The notes under the pieces were generated by a model. The model saw only the letters and a program-made list of their open reading frames with translations. It had not been told where the DNA came from and did not search any database. From an uncultured Pseudomonadales bacterium (GTDB taxonomy: Bacteria > Patescibacteriota > Microgenomatia > UBA1400 > PJMF01), in NCBI GenBank assembly GCA_964457085.1, contig CAYWDM010000004.1, positions 87,319-150,117 of the forward strand: a stretch of DNA of 62,799 nt. The letters are read 5' to 3'. Every line of letters begins with the position of its first letter. Position 1 is the first letter of the stretch. A program made the position numbers and the translations under genes. Shown here piece after piece: positions 51,556 through 61,004 of the stretch.

Positions 51556-52542
51556 ATGAAAAAAACTGCTACAGCCATTGCACCCTCAAATATTGCTTTT
51601 GTAAAGTATTGGGGAAAAAGCGATAACAAATTGACGCTCCCTCAAAATGCGTCAATATCCATGAGCTTAGACGCTCTGTACACCACCACCAAAGTTACAT
51701 TTGACAGTGGACTTACTACGGACGAGGTCTGGATTCAGAACGATGAGGGTTATAACCAGTTGATGTCTGGTAGTAAAGCCAGTCGAGTGACTGAGCATTT
51801 AAACCGACTTCGACGTATTGCTGGCAATCAATTATTTGCCAAAGTAGAATCAACCAACAATTTTCCTACTGGGGTAGGCATTGCCTCTTCTGCATCGGCA
51901 TTTGCAGCTCTAACCCTCGCAGTGGTGAGTGCACTAGAAATTGACTCCACAGAAAAAGAAATGTCGCGGTTAACTAGATTGGCCGGATCAGGTTCGGCAA
52001 CCAGGTCTATATATGGTGGATATGTCGAATGGCTAACTGGAGATGATCAAACCTCAATTGCCAAGCAACTCGCACCAGAAAATCATTGGCTACTTTCTGA
52101 CCTAGTTGCTATTGTCTCGAAAACCGAGAAAAAAGTTTCCTCACTTGAGGGTCATGATTTGGCCAGTACCAGCCCCTATTTTCTACCAAGACTAACTGAA
52201 CTGCCACAAAGATTAAAAAAAGTCAGAACAGCAATTAAAAATAAAGACCTAACGCTACTTGGTAGTGAACTAGAACCAGAGGCTTTATCGCTACATACTG
52301 TAGCCATGACTTGTGTTCCTCCAGTTTTTTATCCCACCACCGAAACTTTCTTAGTTCTTGAACAGCTCAGAGAACTAAGAAAACAAGGCTTGGAAGTATA
52401 TGGCACTATGGATGCAGGACCAAATGTACATTGTATTTGCGCTCAAAAAGACCGAGAAAAGATAGAAACAAAACTCAAAGAGCTGCCATATGTCTCACAG
52501 ATTTTTGCTGCAAATGTCGGACAAGGTGCCAGAGTGATATAG
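51556..52542 (+). CDS. mvaD: Diphosphomevalonate (or phosphomevalonate) decarboxylase, GHMP family
   Basis: IAPSNIAFVKYWGK plus the GHMP motif PTGVGIASSASAFAAL, and a length of 328 aa. Confidence 0.85.
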   Translation: MKKTATAIAPSNIAFVKYWGKSDNKLTLPQNASISMSLDALYTTTKVTFDSGLTTDEVWIQNDEGYNQLMSGSKASRVTEHLNRLRRIAGNQLFAKVESTNNFPTGVGIASSASAFAALTLAVVSALEIDSTEKEMSRLTRLAGSGSATRSIYGGYVEWLTGDDQTSIAKQLAPENHWLLSDLVAIVSKTEKKVSSLEGHDLASTSPYFLPRLTELPQRLKKVRTAIKNKDLTLLGSELEPEALSLHTVAMTCVPPVFYPTTETFLVLEQLRELRKQGLEVYGTMDAGPNVHCICAQKDREKIETKLKELPYVSQIFAANVGQGARVI

Positions 52543-52589
52543 TAATTTTCAAATACCATCTCTGGTTCATGGTATGATTTCAGTCTTTT

Positions 52590-53492
52590 ATGCAACTGAA
52601 CGTTCAAGCGCATCTCAACGAAACACTGCGTCATCTCTACATTAATCCTTTGGAAAAATGTAACTTGAAGTGCAAGATTTGCTATACCAAAAAAACTGCC
52701 CCAACCCTAACACTGACTGAGATTACTGATTTTGTAACTCGTTATTTAGCGGTGCAAGCAGTAGACACCATTACTTTTTGTGGCGGTGAAGTATTTGCAC
52801 TGAGTTATTTTCCGCAACTTCTCAATGACTTAACCGCACAAGATATTTTCGTACAAGTCATTACTAACGGCACCATTGATCAATTAGACACAATCAAACG
52901 CCAAAACTCAGTAAATCTAATTGTTTCAATTGATGGAACTGAGCTACTACACGATGCTAATCGAGGTGAAGGAACGTACCAAAAAAGTCTCAAGTTTCTA
53001 AAAAAGGCACATCAACTGGGCTTTCATACCGAAATTTTTTCAATCATTCATCAACAGAACCTCCATCATATCGACGAATTCGAACAAGTTCTCACCGCTG
53101 AATTAGGCTTCTTACCAAACATCACCTATCACCCCCGCAAACCACCGACATATCTTTCCGCACACCCTGTTGCCAACATCACTGGAGAAGTTGCTGATTT
53201 TGATTTTCTGACTCGCGAACAAATGTTAGAAGTAATGAAAACTCGAAACGTATTTCCACCACCACATTTAGGCTGTTACCAAATCGCGGTTACTTCTAGT
53301 GGCAAGGTATATGGTTGCTGCGAAGGTACTACACCTATTGGTGCTATTACTGACACCCCCGTTCAATTGATTAATCAGCTGAAAAATCGCGTGGAAACCT
53401 GGTCACAGACTAGTCATCTAAAAAACTGTCTGGGTTGTAGTCAGCCAGATTTTATGTGTGGCATTAAATCCTACCTAGAAGCACTACAATAA
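52590..53492 (+). CDS. Radical SAM protein with C-terminal Cys-rich region
   Basis: CNLKCKICY (CX3CX2C) at residues ~24-31. The C-terminus has GCYQIAVTSSGKVYGCCEG and CLGCSQPDFMCG. Confidence 0.75.
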   Translation: MQLNVQAHLNETLRHLYINPLEKCNLKCKICYTKKTAPTLTLTEITDFVTRYLAVQAVDTITFCGGEVFALSYFPQLLNDLTAQDIFVQVITNGTIDQLDTIKRQNSVNLIVSIDGTELLHDANRGEGTYQKSLKFLKKAHQLGFHTEIFSIIHQQNLHHIDEFEQVLTAELGFLPNITYHPRKPPTYLSAHPVANITGEVADFDFLTREQMLEVMKTRNVFPPPHLGCYQIAVTSSGKVYGCCEGTTPIGAITDTPVQLINQLKNRVETWSQTSHLKNCLGCSQPDFMCGIKSYLEALQ

Positions 53493-53498
53493 GTTCTG

Positions 53499-54500
53499 AT
53501 GCAAAAACGAGAAATTTTATTACTTCAAGAACACGTTTTTCTAGCGATTCGAGATTTTTTCACCAGTCGCAATTTCCATGAAGTATACCCAGCAGTCCTA
53601 CAGCAAAGTATCCCACTTGAACCCACGATTTACCCTTTTTATACTGATTGGCAAACCAGCCAAAAAACGCAACGTGCCTACTTAAGCACTTCTCCTGAAA
53701 AAAATCTCAAAGCAGCATTGGCTGCTGAACTTGGAAACTGCTTTGCATTTGGGAAATCGTTTCGCAATTTAGAACAAGTAGGACCACAGCATCAACCAGA
53801 GTTTACTATGTTGGAATGGTACCGAGCTAATTCTAACAGTGAAGAAATCAAGTCAGACGTAAAATCGTTGTTTGTAGCTGTTAAACGTGCAATAGATATA
53901 TGGAAACAAAAACCTGAGTCAAATATCATTTCATACCAAAACCAGCAAATCGATCTTAGTGACTGGCAAACCATTTCCATTGATACCTTTTTCCAACAAA
54001 AGTTTGGGATAGGGCTTAAAACCTTAAATAACGACAGTGAAATGCAACAATTTGCAAAAAAAATGGGCTATGACACCAACCAATCCACCTGGGAACAACT
54101 ATTCAATCAGTGTTTTCTAAACGAACTTGAACCTACCATCGGATTATTACCAACTTTTGTCACAGATTTTCCAACCAGAATTTCACCACTCTGTGCCACA
54201 CAGCCAGCCAGCCCATTCTTAGCCGATAGATTTGAGATCTACTTCGGCGGAATGGAACTAGGTAATGGCAACCTAGAAAATACTGATGTTGCTACGATTG
54301 AGAAAAAATTTCAGGACGAAGCCAAAGATCGTGCTATCAACAATTCGCATTCACAACCAACAGACACTGCATTTCTCGATGACTTAATCAAACTCGCTGA
54401 CAAAAACTGTGCCGGCATTGGAATTGGAGTTGAGCGTTTGCTAATGCTGCTCACTAATACGACTGAGATAAATGACGTGACACCATTTCATTTAGTATAA
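53499..54500 (+). CDS. epmA: EF-P lysine ligase-like class II aaRS paralog (EpmA/PoxA/GenX-like)
   Basis: 333 aa with no anticodon-binding domain. SPEKNLKAALAA, GKSFRNLE ... HQPEFTMLEWYRA, RFEIYFGGMELGNG and AGIGIGVERLLML align by eye with E. coli EpmA. Confidence 0.75.
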   Translation: MQKREILLLQEHVFLAIRDFFTSRNFHEVYPAVLQQSIPLEPTIYPFYTDWQTSQKTQRAYLSTSPEKNLKAALAAELGNCFAFGKSFRNLEQVGPQHQPEFTMLEWYRANSNSEEIKSDVKSLFVAVKRAIDIWKQKPESNIISYQNQQIDLSDWQTISIDTFFQQKFGIGLKTLNNDSEMQQFAKKMGYDTNQSTWEQLFNQCFLNELEPTIGLLPTFVTDFPTRISPLCATQPASPFLADRFEIYFGGMELGNGNLENTDVATIEKKFQDEAKDRAINNSHSQPTDTAFLDDLIKLADKNCAGIGIGVERLLMLLTNTTEINDVTPFHLV

Positions 54501-54540
54501 CTATCACTCGCGACACAAATAACTGATTTCCACAAAAAAA

Positions 54541-54963
54541 TTATTGTAATTTTTCGATAGCCTGCAAAAAAGCAACCGTGGTCAAACTTGCACCACTGAC
54601 TGCATTAAGCTGCAAGTCACTAATTTTTTTACCAATAACCAAAGATTTGTAAACAGAATCGAATGATTGCTGTGCACGAGCCGACTTACGATCATTGCCT
54701 GAGTGGACAGCATCAACCTCCGTAATCACATCATTTTCTAGGTGCGTTGTAACCGTAATTGATTCGCTACCACTGGGGACCTGATAACTAACTGTGGCTG
54801 TATAATCCCCAGTTCTACCTACAACTGGTTCAGATTGCTGAGATATATCCTGTTTTTGACTCGTAGCAAAAATACCGACAGCCCCAACAACTCCAACTGG
54901 AATTAAGTAACCCCACAACGGCATTTTAAATTTTTTTATCGGGGAGTGACTCGTTTTTGACAT
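54541..54963 (-). CDS. N-anchored FMN-binding-domain-like protein
   Basis: 140 aa with one TM helix. DYTATVSYQVPSG ... NAVSGASLTTVAFLQAIEKL resembles the FMN_bind domain (SGAT/S-x-T-S motif). Confidence 0.55.
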   Translation of the reverse strand: MSKTSHSPIKKFKMPLWGYLIPVGVVGAVGIFATSQKQDISQQSEPVVGRTGDYTATVSYQVPSGSESITVTTHLENDVITEVDAVHSGNDRKSARAQQSFDSVYKSLVIGKKISDLQLNAVSGASLTTVAFLQAIEKLQ

Positions 54964-54981
54964 TGCGATAGTGTGTTCACT

Positions 54982-55440
54982 TTATTTGAGAATTAGTTGA
55001 GGAATGTAACTCTTGATTTTTTTAACCGTAGTTTGCAGGAAATCGCCTTCATCCCAAGTTTGCAGTTTCGCAAATTCTAAGGGAGTTACAAATCTATATT
55101 CGATATGCTCATCAGAAAGTCGTATCTCACCACTCCATGTTTTCACCTGCCAGCCAATATACAAATTATCGACACCAGATCGCATTGACATGGTCACTGT
55201 CTGCACGTGTATCGGTTGCAAATCGATAGCAATTAGCCCTGTTTCTTCTAGAATTTCACGCTTAATTGCTTCAACCACATCCTCGTGTTGTTCTAGACCA
55301 CCACCTGGTAGATCCCAACAACTGGTACGACGAACATCTTCATCTCGTCGCTTCAATGCTAATAGTCGACCTTGCTCATCAAATAATACTGCCTTTTGAA
55401 AAATAACGATGTTATGAATTGGATTTGCCATATTCCTCAC
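54982..55440 (-). CDS. NUDIX hydrolase
   Basis: Nudix box GGGLEQHEDVVEAIKREILEETGL. Confidence 0.8.
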   Translation of the reverse strand: MRNMANPIHNIVIFQKAVLFDEQGRLLALKRRDEDVRRTSCWDLPGGGLEQHEDVVEAIKREILEETGLIAIDLQPIHVQTVTMSMRSGVDNLYIGWQVKTWSGEIRLSDEHIEYRFVTPLEFAKLQTWDEGDFLQTTVKKIKSYIPQLILK

Positions 55441-55444
55441 GGTA

Positions 55445-55921
55445 CTACTTGAAGTTAAGTATTGGCAAGTTCTGTTTTTGATCGCAAGCTATTTTGTATA
55501 ACTCAATATCACTCAGATGATCAAAAGCAATTTGATCACTCGAGGGCAGATTAGAAAATTCAAACCATTGTTGGTCATCAACTTCCCAGTCAGAGTCGCC
55601 AACTTTCTCTAGTGCTTCGCAGATAAATACAAACGAAATGTTTTGACGATCCTCATGTGGTCGGTTTGGATTGTCACGTATAGTCAACAGTCGTATGTTG
55701 GCCACTAAATAACCGGTTTCCTCTTTCACCTCTCGCACTACTGCTTCCGCCAAGATTTCATCACGTTCAACATATCCACCAACTAAACCCCATTTACCAC
55801 CTTCTAGTATTTTGCCGGTTCGTTTCACCAACAATATTTTATTATCTTTAATCACCAGAGCATCAACCACTGCATGACGGAGGCTCGCTGGATTTCCATT
55901 TTCAAATGTGCAATTTAACAT
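55445..55921 (-). CDS. NUDIX hydrolase
   Basis: Nudix box GGYVERDEILAEAVVREVKEETGY. Confidence 0.8.
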   Translation of the reverse strand: MLNCTFENGNPASLRHAVVDALVIKDNKILLVKRTGKILEGGKWGLVGGYVERDEILAEAVVREVKEETGYLVANIRLLTIRDNPNRPHEDRQNISFVFICEALEKVGDSDWEVDDQQWFEFSNLPSSDQIAFDHLSDIELYKIACDQKQNLPILNFK

Positions 55922-56027
55922 AAACTCTACCCTTATTACAGTTAATTGAAATTAGATACGCTAAATTATAAGCTAAAAAAATAATAACAAGCTGCTATAC
56001 TGTTTTTAGTAAAAATCAATAATTTAA

Positions 56028-57182
56028 ATGACAGAAACTAATCCACTTAAAGCTAAAATAGCAATGCACGACATGATTCTCCATCATCGAACAGAGGATA
56101 CACTGCAGCAACCAAGTTTCCAAGAACGACATTTTGCAATAGTCAGCACTATTACCCGTGATGCAGCATTTGAAGTAATGGGAAAATTCGATGATGCTCA
56201 TCAACATAATCTCGAGCAAGTCCTTGCCAAGGGTGTCGACCAAGCAAGCAATGTATTCAGACCATTTGACCCTGATTCTGAAAATCCTAGACATGTGTAT
56301 AAAAGCCACGGCGGATTTGACCGGCGTGCAGGCGCATTTTTTGAGTCTGACCCCAACGACACTAAACTTAGTCAAGAGTATCACGATGCATTCCAGCAAA
56401 CCGGCCCAATTGCCATCAAATACTTGAAAGAATTGTTTGTGTCTGCAGGCATCACTGATGTTGACCCCTCAACTCTAATGAATAGCCTGACAATGTCTGA
56501 TCTAGTTAACTACGTGAAAGAAAAAACTGTCTGGCTCTTTGAAGGTGACCAAGAGAAATCGCTGCAAGCTGCAGATTTACAAGATGAAGATCTTAAATCA
56601 GCAATGAATGAACTAGTGCCAGAAGCTGACAGGCTCAGTGATCCTGAGTATATAGGTGCCACCGTAGCCAGTATTAAATATGACGGCACACATGGATTTT
56701 CTGAAAATCAAAAACTTGCTATCGATTTAATGTTTGTATTCATCAACGCATTATGGAAAGTCCAACAAGTCCATCGAGTGGCATTTGAGACCAAACTCAA
56801 AGCAGACAAGCTAGATCCAGATATAACTTCCGATTTTTCAAGTGTGAGACGATCAGAAGCTCGAATTGCTGAAAGCCGATTAGACTATCACACCTACACC
56901 GGCTTCATGGCTGGCACAGTTGGCAGAAGAGTGGATCAATCTGCAAGACTTGCGTTAGCTGATGCAGCGTTTGGCGTGCATAAAGACCTGCACCAATTAA
57001 TGCTTGCAGATGCAAAAGCCAAAAAATCAGGCACACAAGACGATGGATCGATGAATTCTACAGTTCTGGATGTCAATGGCAAGCGTGTACAAAATCCTGC
57101 GACTATACTTGTAGATGAGTCTAAAGATGCCCAAAGATTCAAAAATGCAGTATCAGAGGAGCCGCTGTCCGCTGGTGAATGA
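56028..57182 (+). CDS. Hypothetical cytoplasmic protein (384 aa)
   Basis: Long ORF with normal composition, acidic, no TM helix. No motif recognised. Confidence 0.5.
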   Translation: MTETNPLKAKIAMHDMILHHRTEDTLQQPSFQERHFAIVSTITRDAAFEVMGKFDDAHQHNLEQVLAKGVDQASNVFRPFDPDSENPRHVYKSHGGFDRRAGAFFESDPNDTKLSQEYHDAFQQTGPIAIKYLKELFVSAGITDVDPSTLMNSLTMSDLVNYVKEKTVWLFEGDQEKSLQAADLQDEDLKSAMNELVPEADRLSDPEYIGATVASIKYDGTHGFSENQKLAIDLMFVFINALWKVQQVHRVAFETKLKADKLDPDITSDFSSVRRSEARIAESRLDYHTYTGFMAGTVGRRVDQSARLALADAAFGVHKDLHQLMLADAKAKKSGTQDDGSMNSTVLDVNGKRVQNPATILVDESKDAQRFKNAVSEEPLSAGE

Positions 57183-57452
57183 TTTGTTTTCCATCCAGGT
57201 TAATTTTTTGGCACGACAGACAGAGGTAATTCTTATTACATCTGCCTCAATTCCATCGATCACTAGGTCATGACCTACTTGGCGAAAGGTACCTCCTAAT
57301 TCTTCTGCTACTTGTTGTGCAGCTTGGAATTCCTTTTCGGCAGTCAACTCCTTAATATTTATGAGTTCCTTACCGCCTGCTGATTGTGAAAAAACAACAA
57401 TACTAATCAGTATGTATCGAATTATACAGCTCACTACAATAATTGAGCTCAT
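57153..57452 (-). CDS. Possible small secreted protein (99 aa)
   Basis: Hydrophobic N-terminus. It overlaps the 3' end of 56028-57182 by 30 nt. Coding status uncertain. Confidence 0.3.
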   Translation of the reverse strand: MSSIIVVSCIIRYILISIVVFSQSAGGKELINIKELTAEKEFQAAQQVAEELGGTFRQVGHDLVIDGIEADVIRITSVCRAKKLTWMENKSFTSGQRLL

Positions 57453-57476
57453 TTGGTAAAGGTATACACTATTTCT

Positions 57477-58058
57477 ATGAATATACTTGAAAATTTGCTT
57501 GAAAAATCTAAAAACTTCGCACTTTTAGAGGCCGAAAGAACCAAGGTTCCTTCCCCATTTCATGTTACGTACACCTATGAGGTCGGACAAAAGCTAGCCA
57601 TCAAACTTGGTGCCAATACCCAAATAGTTGCTATCGGCACCTATCTGATGGACTGCATGTTGGGTCAAGCATTCACTCAAGGGAAACAAGCGGAACATGT
57701 TGCCATGAGTGCAGAAAAAACATCTGAGATTTTGAGTAAAATTTCAGATATTGATCGTTCAACCAAATCAAACATCCTAGCCTGTGTCACAGAGCATCAT
57801 GGTGTGGAACAATTTAGCACACTGGAATCAGAGATTTGTTGCAACGCAGACTGTTATAAATTTGCATCAATCGAAGGTTTTATTGGCGGTATTCATCATG
57901 GTCGCATCATGCCAATTACTGACTTACTCAAATTATATGAAATCAAAGCTACAGAAAAATGGCAAGCACTGACGCTGCCAATTTGCAAACAAGAGCTTGA
58001 GCCACAATACCAAACTATTTCGAATTTGATTAAAAAATTTCACGAATCCACTATTTAA
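57477..58058 (+). CDS. HD-domain-like protein
   Basis: Start set at the ATG of MNILENLL. FHVTYTYEV ... TYLMDCML ... VTEHHG ... CCNADCYKF follows the H...HD...H...D spacing of HD hydrolases, but MD replaces the HD dyad. Confidence 0.45.
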   Translation: MNILENLLEKSKNFALLEAERTKVPSPFHVTYTYEVGQKLAIKLGANTQIVAIGTYLMDCMLGQAFTQGKQAEHVAMSAEKTSEILSKISDIDRSTKSNILACVTEHHGVEQFSTLESEICCNADCYKFASIEGFIGGIHHGRIMPITDLLKLYEIKATEKWQALTLPICKQELEPQYQTISNLIKKFHESTI

Positions 58059-58066
58059 TTGCAACC

Positions 58067-59896
58067 CTATGCCACTAAATCGAATTTTTGCAGCTTCTTA
58101 GCACGTTCTTCCGGTGGTGCAGATAACAACTGTCGTTGTAGCTTCACCAAATCAGCGTATACCCCGTTCTTTTTCTGCAACAATTCCGATGGTTTCCCAT
58201 ACTCTGCCATTTTGCCATCTGCCATCACCAAAATGTGATCTGCATTTGAAATTGTGGATAATCGATGAGCAATAATAATTGCAGTGCGGTTTTTTAGTAA
58301 CCGATCAAGTCCTTGCTGTACCAACACTTCAGATTTGCTATCAAGCGAGGAGGTAGCCTCATCCAAAATAATAATTGGAGCATCTTTAAGCATCGAGCGA
58401 GCAATACAAATCCGTTGCTTTTGACCTCCAGACAATTTCACACCTCGTTCACCAACCAAACTTTGATAGGCGTCAGGGAGCTTAACCACAAACTCATCTG
58501 CGTTAGCAGCCTTAGCAGCTGCGATTACGTCTGCATCACTCGCATTCGGTCGACCATAACGAATGTTTTCCATAATCGTGCCAGCAAACAACAATGATTC
58601 CTGGAAAACCACTGCTATTTGTTCATGCAGTGATGTCTGTGTCACGCGATCAGTGTCTTGTCCTGAAATAGTAATTCTGCCTGACTGGTGCTGATAATAT
58701 CTCAACAACAAATTTACGATCGTTGATTTGCCCTGACCGCTCTCACCTACCAATGCAAATTTTTCCTGAGCGTAAATGGGGAATGAAACTGCATCCAAGA
58801 CTTTTTTACCTTTTTCATAGCTAAAAGAGACATCTGAAAACTCAACTAATACTTCTGGTTTGGCAGACTTTCTTTGTGATACTGGTTCAGCGATTGTAAG
58901 TTTCTTTGCCCCTACCATATCCACAACTTGTGATTTAGTTTCTAGTACTGAGAAGAAATCAGCTGATCCAGCACTGGCGTGTTGAATTTGACCCAAAATA
59001 AATGACATCGCAAATAATGGAAAACGTGCCTGATTAACTAGCTGCAATAGCAAGGTCATCTCACCAATCGAAAATCGTCCAAAAAAGGTCCAATACACCA
59101 CATACGAATAAATTAAAAATAAAATAATATTCAACGAAATTCTCCTGAGAAAATCATAAAAGTGCCATTGCTTAGTCTGTGCGGTTGCTAACTTTTCAAT
59201 TTGAGTTCTGGCGGTGAAGAATGATTTAATTTCATGCAATTCTGCTACAAACGACTTAACAACTCTAATTCCAGAGATACTTTCAAAAACCCGACCTTGC
59301 GATTCATCATGAATGCGGTTTTTGTCTTTTTCAAATTCTTGCCATGCTTGTGAAGAACGATGAGAAATCAAAATGTAAATCGGAAATAAAATCGCCAACA
59401 AAATGCTAATCACCACTGAATATTTCGCCAACAAAATAATTGTCACAAACGCTGTTAAGAAAAATGGCAAGAAGTTATTCAACATGTTTTGAATAAAATC
59501 AGTGATGCTGGAAATACCGCGATACATTTTATTTACAATATTTCCAGAAACAGTATTGTCATAGTAACCAACGTGCAAGCCCAAAATATGCTGGTAAAAC
59601 TTTAGTGACAAATATGTCTGTAACTGAACTCCCAAAATATCACCTACCCACTGGCTAACTGCAGTCAACACCGTGGTTAGTACATCAACTGCAATGATCG
59701 CACCAAGCAACCAAAAAAGTTTTGAAAATGCCGCATCACTGCCACCAATTTTAGCTATCACTATGTCAACCACTTCTTTACTCAGAAGTGGAGTTGCTAA
59801 CGATAATGCTGAAATTACCACCACAAAGATACCCATGAAGGTGTACAACTTTGAAAATCTGCTAGTAAACTTTAAAATTTTAAAAATTGGCGACAT
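58067..59896 (-). CDS. ABC exporter, fused permease/ATPase (MsbA/MdlB-like)
   Basis: 609 aa. Six N-terminal TM helices, Walker A GESGQGKST, signature LSGGQKQR and Walker B IIILDEATS. Confidence 0.9.
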   Translation of the reverse strand: MSPIFKILKFTSRFSKLYTFMGIFVVVISALSLATPLLSKEVVDIVIAKIGGSDAAFSKLFWLLGAIIAVDVLTTVLTAVSQWVGDILGVQLQTYLSLKFYQHILGLHVGYYDNTVSGNIVNKMYRGISSITDFIQNMLNNFLPFFLTAFVTIILLAKYSVVISILLAILFPIYILISHRSSQAWQEFEKDKNRIHDESQGRVFESISGIRVVKSFVAELHEIKSFFTARTQIEKLATAQTKQWHFYDFLRRISLNIILFLIYSYVVYWTFFGRFSIGEMTLLLQLVNQARFPLFAMSFILGQIQHASAGSADFFSVLETKSQVVDMVGAKKLTIAEPVSQRKSAKPEVLVEFSDVSFSYEKGKKVLDAVSFPIYAQEKFALVGESGQGKSTIVNLLLRYYQHQSGRITISGQDTDRVTQTSLHEQIAVVFQESLLFAGTIMENIRYGRPNASDADVIAAAKAANADEFVVKLPDAYQSLVGERGVKLSGGQKQRICIARSMLKDAPIIILDEATSSLDSKSEVLVQQGLDRLLKNRTAIIIAHRLSTISNADHILVMADGKMAEYGKPSELLQKKNGVYADLVKLQRQLLSAPPEERAKKLQKFDLVA

Positions 59897-60022
59897 ATGT
59901 TACTTATTTTACTCGGATTTTGACTCAAGATCAGAGGAAAAAAAGTTCGTAAGCTAACTTACCATCAAACTATTTTCTACTAATTTCCCAACCAAGATAA
60001 ATCGCTCATTTGGTGTAAAATT

Positions 60023-60901
60023 ATGCTCGTGATTACACATATTCCGAAACTTAGCAAGGGATTTATTTTTTCTGTTGGCTCATCTTTTTTATGGGCATGC
60101 AGCATCATCAACAACCGTTTCCTACTATTGGAGGGTGAGAATCCACTCAACCTTGCTCTTTGGATTGGTATTTTTGTGACCATTCCTTGGCTTTTTTTGC
60201 TATTTAAACGACGAGATGAGTACTTCAAGCTAGCACCTCGCTATAAATGGTTGCTTGTGACTATTGGAATAGCGAGCTCAATTGGGATCCAATATTTACA
60301 ATCATTGGCTCTAGCCAATACTTCTGCTACCAATTTTGCTTTCTTGTATCGAACTATTATTATTTTTACCATCGTTTTTGCCGCTGTTTTTCTCAAAGAG
60401 AAAATTACTCGTAGTAAATGGTTGCTAGCAACACTTATCCTCATCGGCACCTACTTGCTCGCTTCCAATGGTCAACAAATCGTTCTGACAAAAGGTGATG
60501 TCTACACCCTTTTGATGTCAGCATCTGCAGCGCTCATCGCCAACGTTCTGATTAAACACACTATTTCTAAGATGCATCCCGATCTCAGCGGAGCCGTGAC
60601 TCAAATAATCGCCACCATATCATTGTTGGTTTTAGCAATCAGCATGGGCGTGCTACAACTTCCACACAACTATGGATTAATTATCATCGGTAGCATCATT
60701 TCATTTATGGCAGTTGCACTCAGAAATCGAGCCTACCAGCATGCTTCAGCATCATTTGTCTCGATGCTTTTTTCGCTGACACCACTTTTTGTCACAGTAT
60801 TATCGTATCCATTACTTCACGAGAGACTCAGTGGTATTGAGATAGCTGGAGGTATTATCATCATTGGGGCAACATTTGCAACTGAAAAATTGAAAATCTA
60901 A
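60023..60901 (+). CDS. EamA/DMT family transporter
   Basis: 292 aa with 10 TM helices in a two-repeat layout. Confidence 0.7.
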   Translation: MLVITHIPKLSKGFIFSVGSSFLWACSIINNRFLLLEGENPLNLALWIGIFVTIPWLFLLFKRRDEYFKLAPRYKWLLVTIGIASSIGIQYLQSLALANTSATNFAFLYRTIIIFTIVFAAVFLKEKITRSKWLLATLILIGTYLLASNGQQIVLTKGDVYTLLMSASAALIANVLIKHTISKMHPDLSGAVTQIIATISLLVLAISMGVLQLPHNYGLIIIGSIISFMAVALRNRAYQHASASFVSMLFSLTPLFVTVLSYPLLHERLSGIEIAGGIIIIGATFATEKLKI

Positions 60902-61004
60902 AACACTACTATGGTGATCAAACCCTATAGTCGTCATGATAATGAGAGGCATCTCAAGTCATCATGTGTAGTATCACCAGTACATAGTTGCCTGCCAAAT
61001 TATC

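Noticed and set aside
52590-53492. The radical SAM protein as an anaerobic sulfatase-maturating enzyme for the sulfatase-like gene at 61257-62654
   Set aside because: The sulfatase-like protein has a TxPxH (NPP-type Thr) motif rather than the C/S-x-P-x-R formylglycine target. The genes are about 8 kb apart on opposite strands.
53499-54500. Lysyl-tRNA synthetase
   Set aside because: At 333 aa it lacks the N-terminal OB-fold anticodon-binding domain, and it aligns along its full length with EpmA-type truncated paralogs.
56016-56399. 127-aa minus-strand ORF overlapping the start of 56028-57182
   Set aside because: It is Cys- and Leu-rich with odd composition and lies fully inside the longer plus-strand ORF. 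The longer ORF is the more plausible gene.
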